A stretch of 29,184 nucleotides of DNA from a virus (lineage: Duplodnaviria > Caudoviricetes), in IMG/VR virus record IMGVR_UViG_3300036873_000005, positions 1 to 29,184 of that record; one strand, written 5' to 3'. This document shows positions 7,175 to 15,629 of this stretch, one piece after another (position 1 is the first letter of the stretch; the number at the start of each line of letters is the position of its first letter). Made by a program: the position numbers and the translations under genes. Below the pieces are notes generated by a model that was not told the DNA's origin, did not search any database, and worked only from the letters and a program-made list of their open reading frames with translations.

Positions 7175-8148
7175 CAGCGATCCTCCACGTCGATTGCGTT
7201 CTGATCCGCGACAGCTTGTGATGCAAGCAGCCGTTCCTTGTACCACTCGGCCATGCCCGCCGTGATGCCTCGGCTGATCTGCGGCCAGGCCCACGCGAAC
7301 AACTTCGTCTTGATCTCTTCCTCGAACTCTTCCTTCACGTCATGCGGCACTTCGATGAACAGGTTGCCGATGTCGCGCGGCGAGCCTTCGAGCCTGCCCG
7401 ACTCTTCGAGATGCTGTACGGCTTTCGACCACCGCGCCGGGGTCCGCAGCCAATTGATGACTTGCTGCACGATCTCGCCTTGCTTTGGGTTCTCGTCCTT
7501 CCAGGACACGTCGTGCACTTCCTTGAAGGAGTCGCTGACGTACTTGCCGAACAGAATCTTCTTGTCCTTGCCGAACCGGGTGTAGTTCTTCACCACGAAC
7601 CCTTCGATCTTCTGTCCACCGAGAACGCTCGTGCGGTCCAGGAAACTCTTCAACGTCTCCATGTCAGTGACCCAGCCCTCGTACAGGAGCGGCACCGTTT
7701 CGAGCCCGATGCGCTCGGCTTCGGCCATCTTGTCGAAGTACGGCAGGTAACGCTCTTCACCGATCGAAATGTCGAAGACGATCAGGTTGTCCTTCGGTAC
7801 ACGATCGTACGCGAGCGCATTGTGCTTCGGCTTCTGAAGGTACTCGGCCCGGTATGTCCAGCCGGGTGTCAGGTCCTTCGAGCGCGCCAGCACGGAGTCG
7901 ATTGCGCGTTGGAACATCTTCTCGCTCGATACACCATCGGGCGACACGAAAATCTCGCGTCCCTTCGAGCGGACTTTGATCACGTCCGGCCCGACCAACT
8001 CCCCGAGCACGTTCAACTGGTGGAACCGGCCGAACGAGAACTGTGAACCGTCCACTTTCTCTTCGACCGTCACCGGATCGAGGAACAGCGTGGTGAGCGC
8101 ATTGTGCCCGAGCGCGAACGACGAAGCGTAGCTGTGCCAGGAACTCAT
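7174..8148 (-). CDS. RNA ligase (Rnl2-like nucleotidyltransferase)
   Basis: Motif I EEKVDGSQ, motif III AEY, motif IIIa FDI, motif IV EGFVVK, motif V KYV. Confidence 0.85.
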   Translation of the reverse strand: MSSWHSYASSFALGHNALTTLFLDPVTVEEKVDGSQFSFGRFHQLNVLGELVGPDVIKVRSKGREIFVSPDGVSSEKMFQRAIDSVLARSKDLTPGWTYRAEYLQKPKHNALAYDRVPKDNLIVFDISIGEERYLPYFDKMAEAERIGLETVPLLYEGWVTDMETLKSFLDRTSVLGGQKIEGFVVKNYTRFGKDKKILFGKYVSDSFKEVHDVSWKDENPKQGEIVQQVINWLRTPARWSKAVQHLEESGRLEGSPRDIGNLFIEVPHDVKEEFEEEIKTKLFAWAWPQISRGITAGMAEWYKERLLASQAVADQNAIDVEDR

Positions 8149-8447
8149 TAGTGCGGCCCTCCGTATTCGCCTTCACCGTATCGTTGGTTGTCGATCTCTT
8201 CGAGCCACTGTGCTTCGATTACGAACGGATCATCCGTGCACTCCTGGAAACGATGCAGCACCGCGTACTGACCGTCGCTGTACTGCTTGTAGGGCGCAGC
8301 TTGATAGTCGGTCTCGAACTTCCGCGCTCCCTGGATCGCTGCCTCACACACTTCGCGGGTCGGGTACGGCCCCATGTACTCCGCGTGCATGTACGGCGGA
8401 GCCGCAGTCACGATCAGCATGAAGGTCCAAGCCGCGACCGGCATCAC
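8148..8447 (-). CDS. Hypothetical protein, hydrophobic N-terminus, Cys pair
   Basis: 99-aa ORF coupled to its neighbours; GPYPTREVCEAA. Confidence 0.6.
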   Translation of the reverse strand: MMPVAAWTFMLIVTAAPPYMHAEYMGPYPTREVCEAAIQGARKFETDYQAAPYKQYSDGQYAVLHRFQECTDDPFVIEAQWLEEIDNQRYGEGEYGGPH

Positions 8448-8755
8448 TTCTCCGTGTAGCCCACCGGGCGCGAGCCTTCTTGAAACCGGTAGCGTACGCC
8501 GCAGTTCTCCATCGCCGCCACACCGAGCGCCGCCACCTTGCGCGTCGTGTTCAGAGCGAACTCAGTCGCGAACGGCTCTTCGCGCCGCGCCATCACGTGA
8601 ATGGCCTCTTCGACATAGTCCTTCATGTACACGAGCCATTCGAGAATGTTCTCGTGCCGCCCGGCACTCGCCGTCACGTCCGGCGTCCACTTCGAGTCCT
8701 GGTAAGCACGCTCGCCGTCCAGTGCTCCGTACACTTCCTGTCTCGTCGCTTTCAT
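8444..8755 (-). CDS. MazG-superfamily-like all-alpha protein (degenerate)
   Basis: Start MKATRQEV; ERAYQDSKW...H...EW...RKVAALGVAAME resembles phage all-alpha NTP-pyrophosphatase-like proteins. Confidence 0.55.
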   Translation of the reverse strand: MKATRQEVYGALDGERAYQDSKWTPDVTASAGRHENILEWLVYMKDYVEEAIHVMARREEPFATEFALNTTRKVAALGVAAMENCGVRYRFQEGSRPVGYTEK

Positions 8756-9408
8756 CGATTGTCCCCCTCCGCTCGAATGACGTTGCGCCTCGTTCTGTCC
8801 GCCAGCTTCTCGACGTTCCACGCCGCGATGTCGCTCAGCTTGATGCCCAGCGACGAGGCACAGAACGCGATCATCCGCACAACCTCGGCGAGCATCCGAG
8901 CCAACTCCAACTCCTGCTCGAACGTCAGCACGTCGGTCTGACCGTTGCGGTAGTACTTCTTCACCTTGTCCACCGTGCGCCCGACCTTCGCTGAGAGAGC
9001 CTGCGAGTAGTGCGTCACCGAGAACGTCGGCACACCGACGTGCTCCTGATAGTCGTCGAACGTGACAGAGAGCAGGTAATCGTACGGCTTCACGCCGATC
9101 TTGTAGAACGATCGGATCGCGTACCACAGCACGTCGCCCAATTCCTTGCCCATCTCGTGAATCGCGTCGAGTCCGGGCCACGAACGGAACGAGAAGTCGA
9201 TCACCTTCTCAGTGAACTCGCCCGTCTCACCCGCGAGCCCGAGCATGTAGTACCACAGCGGCGTCGAGCCCTTGCCGTAGCTTTCCAGGCCCGACTGATC
9301 AAACGCGGCGATCATCCGGCTGTAGTCGGCGAACTCGAACTTCGAGCGATCACTCGGGATGTACTTGTCAGCCTCGATCGCCTTGATCACAGTTCCAGTG
9401 TTCTCCAT
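8752..9408 (-). CDS. mazG: MazG-like nucleotide pyrophosphohydrolase with internal duplication
   Basis: LGLAGETGEFTEKV...KELGDVLWY; C-terminal NVEKLADR...IRAEGDNR; start MENTG with AGGAG SD. Confidence 0.85.
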   Translation of the reverse strand: MENTGTVIKAIEADKYIPSDRSKFEFADYSRMIAAFDQSGLESYGKGSTPLWYYMLGLAGETGEFTEKVIDFSFRSWPGLDAIHEMGKELGDVLWYAIRSFYKIGVKPYDYLLSVTFDDYQEHVGVPTFSVTHYSQALSAKVGRTVDKVKKYYRNGQTDVLTFEQELELARMLAEVVRMIAFCASSLGIKLSDIAAWNVEKLADRTRRNVIRAEGDNR

Positions 9409-9665
9409 TCGCTTTCTCCTTGGTAACGGTAGCGAACGGGTCCGCTCACCGTCACGAAAATGTGCGCGCCGAACTCGGGCTCGTGCTTGTACACGATCGT
9501 GGTGCGCGCGTCCCACTCAGCCTCAGCCACGCGGAGTCGCTTGTCCGCGAGGTTGTCGTCTCGAATGTGCGTCAGCGTTATCACCGGCTCCTCCGCCTTG
9601 AACTCACGGATGAAGTTGGCCCGGTGCGCGACCGTATCGACTTGGACTTGAATGCGAGCCATCAT
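9387..9665 (-). CDS. Hypothetical protein, 92 aa
   Basis: Start MMARIQ by ATGA overlap; GGAGGGG SD. Confidence 0.6.
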   Translation of the reverse strand: MMARIQVQVDTVAHRANFIREFKAEEPVITLTHIRDDNLADKRLRVAEAEWDARTTIVYKHEPEFGAHIFVTVSGPVRYRYQGESEWRTLEL

Positions 9666-9901
9666 CCCCTCCACACGCCGATAGCACTGATTACGAACCA
9701 CGCCGCGTTGAGCGCCAGCATCGGGTAGCTCTTCCGCTCCCAGGAGTGAAACCCCATCATCAGGGACGTGATCATCCCGATGCCAACGTACGGGACCTTG
9801 CCGATCACGCCCACCGAGAACGCGATGTACGTGGCGAGGATCAGCACCATCGCCGCGTGCCCGATGACTGTGCTCCACGTCTTGATTGGCTGCGACATCA
9901 C
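9662..9901 (-). CDS. Small 3-TM membrane protein (CBU_0592-like)
   Basis: Three hydrophobic helices; YPMLALNAAWFVISAIGVWR C-terminal pattern. Confidence 0.6.
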   Translation of the reverse strand: MMSQPIKTWSTVIGHAAMVLILATYIAFSVGVIGKVPYVGIGMITSLMMGFHSWERKSYPMLALNAAWFVISAIGVWRG

Positions 9902-10512
9902 CGACTCTTGTCCGCGACTTCGTCTGTCGTGTACAGGCGCGGATCGCGGTTGCCGTATTGATCATCAATCGCGCGTAGGTGCTCGATGCGATCGATGATC
10001 GGCGGGATGAAGCGTGGCTTCGTCCCAGCGATCACGTACACGTGCTTGCGAAGGAACGCGATCGCATCCTCGACCGTCGCGAACTGCTTCGCGATGAACT
10101 TCCCCAGGAACGGGTGCAGCTTGAACATCTTCGTGTTTCCGTGTCCAGTGTAGTCCGGATCGAGGATCGCATAGATCAGCTTCTTGCGCGTGCTCGGTGC
10201 CGTGGCCCACCCGAACTCGACGAGCGTCCCGATGTTAGGGTAGCCCTGTGACAGCGCGCGGAAGTTGAACAGCACGATGTCCGACTCCTGCACGTAGAAC
10301 TGATCGTGGTTCGTGATGAAGTCCGCGTCGGACGGCGCGCCGCTCACGGTCCAGTTCCCATCGGCGTCCATTGTCTTGCCGCCCAGCGGGCTCATGATGC
10401 TCACCGGGTGATCGCGGAGCGCGGTGATCACGTCTTCGCGCCACGCAATATCCTCGGGATGGTCGTCGCGGATCGCACCGGCTAGGTACATCCTCAGGAC
10501 TTTGTCGGCCAT
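9898..10512 (-). CDS. Nucleoside 2-deoxyribosyltransferase / dNMP N-glycosidase-like protein
   Basis: YLAGAI...WR...SP...D...ESDIV...GTLVEFGWA signature; start MADKV. Confidence 0.85.
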   Translation of the reverse strand: MADKVLRMYLAGAIRDDHPEDIAWREDVITALRDHPVSIMSPLGGKTMDADGNWTVSGAPSDADFITNHDQFYVQESDIVLFNFRALSQGYPNIGTLVEFGWATAPSTRKKLIYAILDPDYTGHGNTKMFKLHPFLGKFIAKQFATVEDAIAFLRKHVYVIAGTKPRFIPPIIDRIEHLRAIDDQYGNRDPRLYTTDEVADKSR

Positions 10513-10694
10513 CACTTCGCCCCTTTCAGCTTGTAGAGTTTGTGACCCGTCTCGCACACACGCCACTTCGGCCGCGTGCGTGCCGTCTTCGCACCGCAGT
10601 ACCCGCAGAGCGGCGTCTCGAAGCGAAGCGTGTTACGAGACTTCGGTGCGCTCGCTCCGACTCTCTGATTCTTGCTGACCTTTGCTCCCGCCAT
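10512..10694 (-). CDS. Small basic Zn-ribbon protein
   Basis: CGYCG...CETGH; AAGGAG SD. Confidence 0.6.
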   Translation of the reverse strand: MAGAKVSKNQRVGASAPKSRNTLRFETPLCGYCGAKTARTRPKWRVCETGHKLYKLKGAK

Positions 10695-11235
10695 CGCTGT
10701 CTCCTTTCAGTAGCCGCCCGTCGAAGTCACTGCTCAGATACTCGACGATCCGTTTGTACATCTCGATCTCAGTGTCTCGTGCTCGCCCCACTCGGTGTCG
10801 ATTACAAACGAAACACAGTATCCCGCGCACCCTGAACGTCGCGTGGCAGTGATCGACGAAGAAGATCACCGGCTCACCTTTGTCGTCAACAGGAAGCCGC
10901 TCACAAATTTTGCAGCGGCCACCTTGAAGCGACAGCATTTCCTCATACTGCTCTAGCGTGATGCCGTACCTTTTCAGCAACAGCCTGTTACGTCTCCGCC
11001 GCTTGACATCATCTAGTTTGGCGCGTGTCCGGTTGTACTCCCTTAACTTCTCGCGGTTCAAGTCGCGCCACGCCTGACTGCGTTTCCGTGCGTGATACTT
11101 GCACCAGCCTACCGGTCGTCCTTGGTCTCTGACTGCACGGCAGTCGTCACATAAGTCTGGTGACCGCCTATCCGGACGCGGCACGCCTGCGTCTTTCCGT
11201 TTCGCTCGTGTACTGCCATCAGCCCGAATCGTCAC
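10633..11235 (-). CDS. Endonuclease VII-family (His-Me) nuclease, probably a homing endonuclease
   Basis: YGITLEQYEEMLSLQGGRCKIC...VDHCHAT..VRGILCFVCN; GTG at 11235 overlaps the upstream TGA; more AT-rich codons than its neighbours. Confidence 0.9.
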   Translation of the reverse strand: MTIRADGSTRAKRKDAGVPRPDRRSPDLCDDCRAVRDQGRPVGWCKYHARKRSQAWRDLNREKLREYNRTRAKLDDVKRRRRNRLLLKRYGITLEQYEEMLSLQGGRCKICERLPVDDKGEPVIFFVDHCHATFRVRGILCFVCNRHRVGRARDTEIEMYKRIVEYLSSDFDGRLLKGDSDGGSKGQQESESRSERTEVS

Positions 11236-11804
11236 TCCGCGAGCGTAGCCTTCACCCGCTCCATCTCGACTTCGAGCATGTTGACCCACACCTGGATCGT
11301 GTCGTCGAAACTGTTCTGCGCAGCTTCGTTGAACCACGTCTCCACGAGCCACTTCGCGACAGGCTCGGAGACTTCGAGATGCGACGGGTAGGCGCGAAGC
11401 TGAACCTGTAGCTCGCCCCACCATTTGCCCGGCTTCGTTCCATCCGCGAGCACGCGCGGGATCATCGGAACATCGCCCACCATGTACCGGGCGCGGACCG
11501 CCAAGTGCAGGAGCGTCGCGCTGACTCGCCGTGAGAACGGTTCCAGCTTGTCGATCTCTTCGTTCTTGATCCGGTTCGCCATCTCCAACACTTCGGCCTT
11601 CGTGATCTCCTTCGGCACGAGGGTCAGAGCACTCTCGATCCGGCTCTTGATGGCCTCGACTTCGTTTCTGTCGAGGAACCTCTGTCGGTCGTCACTCTTT
11701 AGCTGATACGCTAGGTCCAAATTGATGTTCACCGCTCCATGTCCTTTCGCGCGTGTCTCGCGCCGTGTTTCGATCTTGTCTCGCATCAGCCGCCAAGGTT
11801 TCAT
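11232..11804 (-). CDS. Hypothetical protein
   Basis: 190-aa ORF in operon context. Confidence 0.7.
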   Translation of the reverse strand: MKPWRLMRDKIETRRETRAKGHGAVNINLDLAYQLKSDDRQRFLDRNEVEAIKSRIESALTLVPKEITKAEVLEMANRIKNEEIDKLEPFSRRVSATLLHLAVRARYMVGDVPMIPRVLADGTKPGKWWGELQVQLRAYPSHLEVSEPVAKWLVETWFNEAAQNSFDDTIQVWVNMLEVEMERVKATLAE

Positions 11805-11811
11805 GTAGTGT

Positions 11812-11839
11812 CGCCCGGCTCGGTGTTTTGAGCCGGGCG
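11812..11839. promoter_or_regulatory. Perfect 10-bp stem-loop between SD and start codon (or a plus-strand terminator)
   Basis: CGCCCGGCTC-N8-GAGCCGGGCG; T-rich tail only on the plus strand. Confidence 0.6.
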
Positions 11840-11868
11840 TTTCTCCTTTGCTTGTGCTCGACTCCGGG

Positions 11869-12588
11869 TTAAGGAGTCTGCGGGCCTCGATCCAGCTTCG
11901 TCGTGCTTGGGCGCGGGTCGCTGAGCGGACGCTCGAACGTGAACCCGTACCGGCTCATGCACTGCTTCAGCCACACGCTGTTGTGCACCACGCCGTAGTA
12001 GCTGTAGCTGAAGCTACCGTTCGTGTACAGCGTGCCCAACTCCACGTCGAGCCGCTGCGAGTCCCTGCACGCGCGGAACACGTCGTACGTGTACTCCTGC
12101 GCGGGGGTCAGGAAACGAGTGCCCTTGCGCTCACCCGGCTTCACGATGTCGCCGCGACCGGTTCCAGGGACGCTCACGCTCATGCCACCGTCACCACCGA
12201 CCGACATGGAGCCCGTCGAAGAGGATGAGCCGCCCTTGCCGCCGCCGTCGCCACCACGCCCACCACCATCGCCGCCATGTCCGCCGCCGTCACCGCCATG
12301 CCCACCGCCATTGTTCCCGCCACCGTTGCCGTTCCCGCCGCCGTTGTTGCCGCCATGCGAGCCCGTGTTCCCGGCGTTGGTCCCGTTGCTTCCTTGGTTC
12401 CCGCCGCCTTGATTGCCGACGCCGTTGCCGCTGTTGCCGGAGCCGCTGTTGCCAGCCCCGCCGCTGCCACCGACACCGTTCGAGGAACCGCTGTTACCGC
12501 CGCCGTTGCCGCCCTTCGCGGCAAACGACTCGGCAACAGGCGCGAACACCATCGCCACGATCGCCACCAGTCCGATCAGTCTCTTCAT
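11869..12588 (-). CDS. Secreted glycine-rich low-complexity protein
   Basis: Signal peptide MKRLIGLVAIVAMVFAPVAESFA; about 100-aa G/N/S tract; small C-terminal domain with two Cys. Confidence 0.8.
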   Translation of the reverse strand: MKRLIGLVAIVAMVFAPVAESFAAKGGNGGGNSGSSNGVGGSGGAGNSGSGNSGNGVGNQGGGNQGSNGTNAGNTGSHGGNNGGGNGNGGGNNGGGHGGDGGGHGGDGGGRGGDGGGKGGSSSSTGSMSVGGDGGMSVSVPGTGRGDIVKPGERKGTRFLTPAQEYTYDVFRACRDSQRLDVELGTLYTNGSFSYSYYGVVHNSVWLKQCMSRYGFTFERPLSDPRPSTTKLDRGPQTP

Positions 12589-12652
12589 ACGCCCCTCCTG
12601 TTGTTTGGTCGTTGCCGCGTTGCGGGCGGCTCCGCTGGGTTGAAGTACCCTT

Positions 12653-12670
12653 CTACCTAGTTAGGTAAAC
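12653..12670 (-). promoter_or_regulatory. 18-bp junction element, copy 3
   Basis: Exact copy; supplies FT* and the stop codon of the SbcC-like gene. Confidence 0.85.
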
Positions 12671-14547
12671 TGCACAGTCGCCCCGTTTTCGTCGTACACG
12701 ATTGTCCACGTCACGTCCGGATTCGCGAGCCCTGCTAGCTCTTCGCTATGCGTGATCAATAGCACCGTGCGCGTCTTCGCCTGAGCCCGGAGCCACGCAC
12801 AGGCCATCTCCTTGCCCCGGCTGTCGAGCGCATCGAACGGCTCGTCGTACGCCTTCAGCGGAAACGGCCGGGCGCTTCGACTTTCCGATAAATCCTGGAC
12901 CGCCGCGAACGTCGCCAAGTCTACACGCCTGTCCTGTCCGCCCGAGCCCGAGTCGGGACCTTCACCGCCCCATGCCCAGGTCGGCGTGAACGAGATGCGC
13001 TCCTTCGTGCCGCCTTTCTTCAGCGGGGTTGTTGCCGCCATGCGGTTCGTTGCCTCACCCGCCGTCAAGGCTTCCAGGTGTTCGACCATGCGATCGTTCA
13101 CGAAATCGGCGACGTTGTCCACCATGAGCGACCGGATGCCGCGATCGCTGAACGCGTCTACACAGTACTCGGCCAGGTCCACCGCGATCGCTGCCTTGTC
13201 CATCCGCCCACGCTCACGAGCGATTCGCGCCGTCAGGAGTGTGACCTTCTCACTCGCGCGGGCCAGAGCCTCAGAGCCGTCCCACTTCTCGTCCTTGATC
13301 CTCCGCCACTCGGCTTCAGCCTTCGCGGCTTCAGCTTCGAGTCGGGCTAGGTCATCGGCCAGTCTCTTACGCCGGGCCGGTGTCGTCTTCTCTTCCAGGC
13401 GCATGATCATCCGACTCAGGTCTTCGGTGCCGCCTACGATCGCGCGGAGCACAGCTTGCTGAGCCTCTACCGCTTCGAGCGCAGCCGCCGACGCGCCCAG
13501 GCACTTGCGATATTCTTTTGCTGCCAGGTCAGATTGAAGTGCCAGAGGTTTGCGCTGTATGGCGAACCGGTCCCTCACCAAGGACCACGCGCCTTCGATT
13601 ACGCTCAGGCACTCGGGACACTCGCTGTGCTTCAACAGCCGCTCTAGCTTCTCGTCATGGCGTCGCAGGTTTGTCCCAGCCTCGTCCTGTAGCGCACCGG
13701 CTTCGTCTTCAGCCTGACGAGTGAGAGACAGCGCGGCCTCGCACTCGATCAGCTTCGACTCTTCAAACCGCGCCCGCTCTAGAATCTTCGCGTCAATGCC
13801 AATCTCTCTGATGTCTGCCCTAAGCGTTGCGATCGACCCGGCTATGCCCGTCGTCTTCGCCTTGCTCAGCTTCAGCCGCTCGAACTGTCGAACCTCGAAC
13901 TGGTTGCGAATGTCGGTCAACGTCTTGATCTGATTCTTCGTCTCTTCGAGCACCATGCTGTCATCGCTGACACCGCTCTCGATCTCACCCATCGTCGCCA
14001 CTAGATTCTTCCGCCAGTCGGCCGCGTTCCGCCGTGGCTCCGAGTAGTCGAGTCCCTGAATCTCGTCGAGCATCTTCATCTGCTCAGCTTGGTCCGCGTG
14101 CGCGAACCGATCGAACGAGCCCTGACCGAACACCACCGCGTTACGGAACGTGTGCATACCGAAACCCAGGCGCGACTCGATCGCTGCCTGCACTACGTCC
14201 ATGTTCGAGTCGGGCGGTACGTCGAGCCCTTCGACGCGCAGTGAGGCTGGACGCCGGGTGCGTATCACGGACCATGCGCCTAGATCGTCCTCTAGGTCAA
14301 TCCTCACGGAACACTGGCCCTCTGTGAATCGGCAAGCAACGGCGTCCGCCTTGCGCCCTTTCAGGTCCTCACCGAACAGGACCCAGGCGATTGCGTGCAG
14401 CACACTCGTCTTCCCTGACCCGTTGTCGTTCGACGACGCTGAGACCCTGTTGTTACCCCGGATCAACACGAGCCCCTGATTCGCGAGCGGGAAGTATGTG
14501 TACTCGCGGAATGGGAGGAAGTTCTCGACACCGATGCCCTTGATCAT
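12661..14547 (-). CDS. SbcC/Rad50/T4 gp46-like recombination ATPase
   Basis: MIKGIGVENF; Walker A NGSGKTS; Q-loop FGQG; Zn-hook CPEC; signature SGGQ; Walker B YDEPFDALD; H-loop LITH. Confidence 0.93.
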   Translation of the reverse strand: MIKGIGVENFLPFREYTYFPLANQGLVLIRGNNRVSASSNDNGSGKTSVLHAIAWVLFGEDLKGRKADAVACRFTEGQCSVRIDLEDDLGAWSVIRTRRPASLRVEGLDVPPDSNMDVVQAAIESRLGFGMHTFRNAVVFGQGSFDRFAHADQAEQMKMLDEIQGLDYSEPRRNAADWRKNLVATMGEIESGVSDDSMVLEETKNQIKTLTDIRNQFEVRQFERLKLSKAKTTGIAGSIATLRADIREIGIDAKILERARFEESKLIECEAALSLTRQAEDEAGALQDEAGTNLRRHDEKLERLLKHSECPECLSVIEGAWSLVRDRFAIQRKPLALQSDLAAKEYRKCLGASAAALEAVEAQQAVLRAIVGGTEDLSRMIMRLEEKTTPARRKRLADDLARLEAEAAKAEAEWRRIKDEKWDGSEALARASEKVTLLTARIARERGRMDKAAIAVDLAEYCVDAFSDRGIRSLMVDNVADFVNDRMVEHLEALTAGEATNRMAATTPLKKGGTKERISFTPTWAWGGEGPDSGSGGQDRRVDLATFAAVQDLSESRSARPFPLKAYDEPFDALDSRGKEMACAWLRAQAKTRTVLLITHSEELAGLANPDVTWTIVYDENGATVQFT

Positions 14548-15629
14548 GCTTCGGCTCCCCACAGCCGCATCATGGCCTTCTTCACCTGCTCGGCCGACAC
14601 GCCCTTCGGTACCGGGCGACTCGCAATGTACGCCTCGATGATCTGCGTCCGCGTCATCGCCGCGTGAATCTCCGTGCGCTGCCGGTTCACAATCTTCGTC
14701 GGCCGCTCTGTAATTTGCAGCCACCGGTATCTCAACGCCTTCGCGTCGATCGCTTCCTTCGTCCATCGCGCCGAGTCCGTGACGATGCGCACGAAGTCAC
14801 TGTCGTCGGCGTTGAGCAGGACCTCAGGAAGAATCTCACAGTCCTGTAGCTCGACGTGAATGAACCGGGGCGACTCGATCGGATGGAAGTGCACACTACC
14901 AACTTCCAAGTCCACGAGCAGGCACCCCTTCGCCTGATTGCGCTCGCCCCAATTCTGTTGGTAGGGCGAGCCCGGATAGTAGACTTCGCCACGCCACGGG
15001 CCGGGCACTCGAATCTTGCCGTGCTGCTCTATACGCTCCCACCGTGCGACACGGCCGGTCTTCGGATCGGACGGGAGTCGCATCTGCGCGCCGTGAATGT
15101 CACCGAACAGTGCGAGCGGCGGCTGACCGTACTCGGACAACTCGATGCCCGCGTTCTGTAGCTGTAGGTCTTCGGCTCCGATGATCGCTCCGGCCAGGAA
15201 TGCGTGAGCCACGATCGGGAGATGGCTGTTCGACTTCACCGGTCTCAGGTCCGCGCCGTGCGGCACGTACAGCACACCCTCACAGTCCTGAGCCTCACCA
15301 TCGATCACCGTAGCGACTTCGTAGAACGGCTGAAGTCCCGAGCCACCGAGCCCGGCACCGTCATGGTTCCCCGCGATCATCACCTTGCGAAGGTCGGGAT
15401 ACTTGCGGAGGATTTCGAGCGAGCCCGTGAGCGCTTCCTGCGGCCAGGTGTTCTTCGGCATCTTGAAGTCACCGGCCATCACCCACGTGGCCTCGTATTC
15501 GTCGGCCAGGTCCAGGGTTTGCTTCAGAGCGCTGAGCCCGTCGCGAAGACGGTCTGCTCCGTTGTCCCGTGAGCAGACTTTGAAGGGGTGTATGTGTACA
15601 TCGGCTGTGACGAGCAGCCGCCCTCTCAT
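14544..15629 (-). CDS. SbcD/Mre11/T4 gp47-like metallophosphoesterase nuclease
   Basis: ADVH, AGD, GNHD, AH, GDIH, YPGSPYQQNWGE motifs; adjacent to the SbcC-like gene. Confidence 0.92.
   Translation of the reverse strand: MRGRLLVTADVHIHPFKVCSRDNGADRLRDGLSALKQTLDLADEYEATWVMAGDFKMPKNTWPQEALTGSLEILRKYPDLRKVMIAGNHDGAGLGGSGLQPFYEVATVIDGEAQDCEGVLYVPHGADLRPVKSNSHLPIVAHAFLAGAIIGAEDLQLQNAGIELSEYGQPPLALFGDIHGAQMRLPSDPKTGRVARWERIEQHGKIRVPGPWRGEVYYPGSPYQQNWGERNQAKGCLLVDLEVGSVHFHPIESPRFIHVELQDCEILPEVLLNADDSDFVRIVTDSARWTKEAIDAKALRYRWLQITERPTKIVNRQRTEIHAAMTRTQIIEAYIASRPVPKGVSAEQVKKAMMRLWGAEA

Noticed and set aside
12230-12520. GCC-rich tandem repeats
   Set aside because: They simply encode the Gly-rich tract of the minus-strand secreted protein
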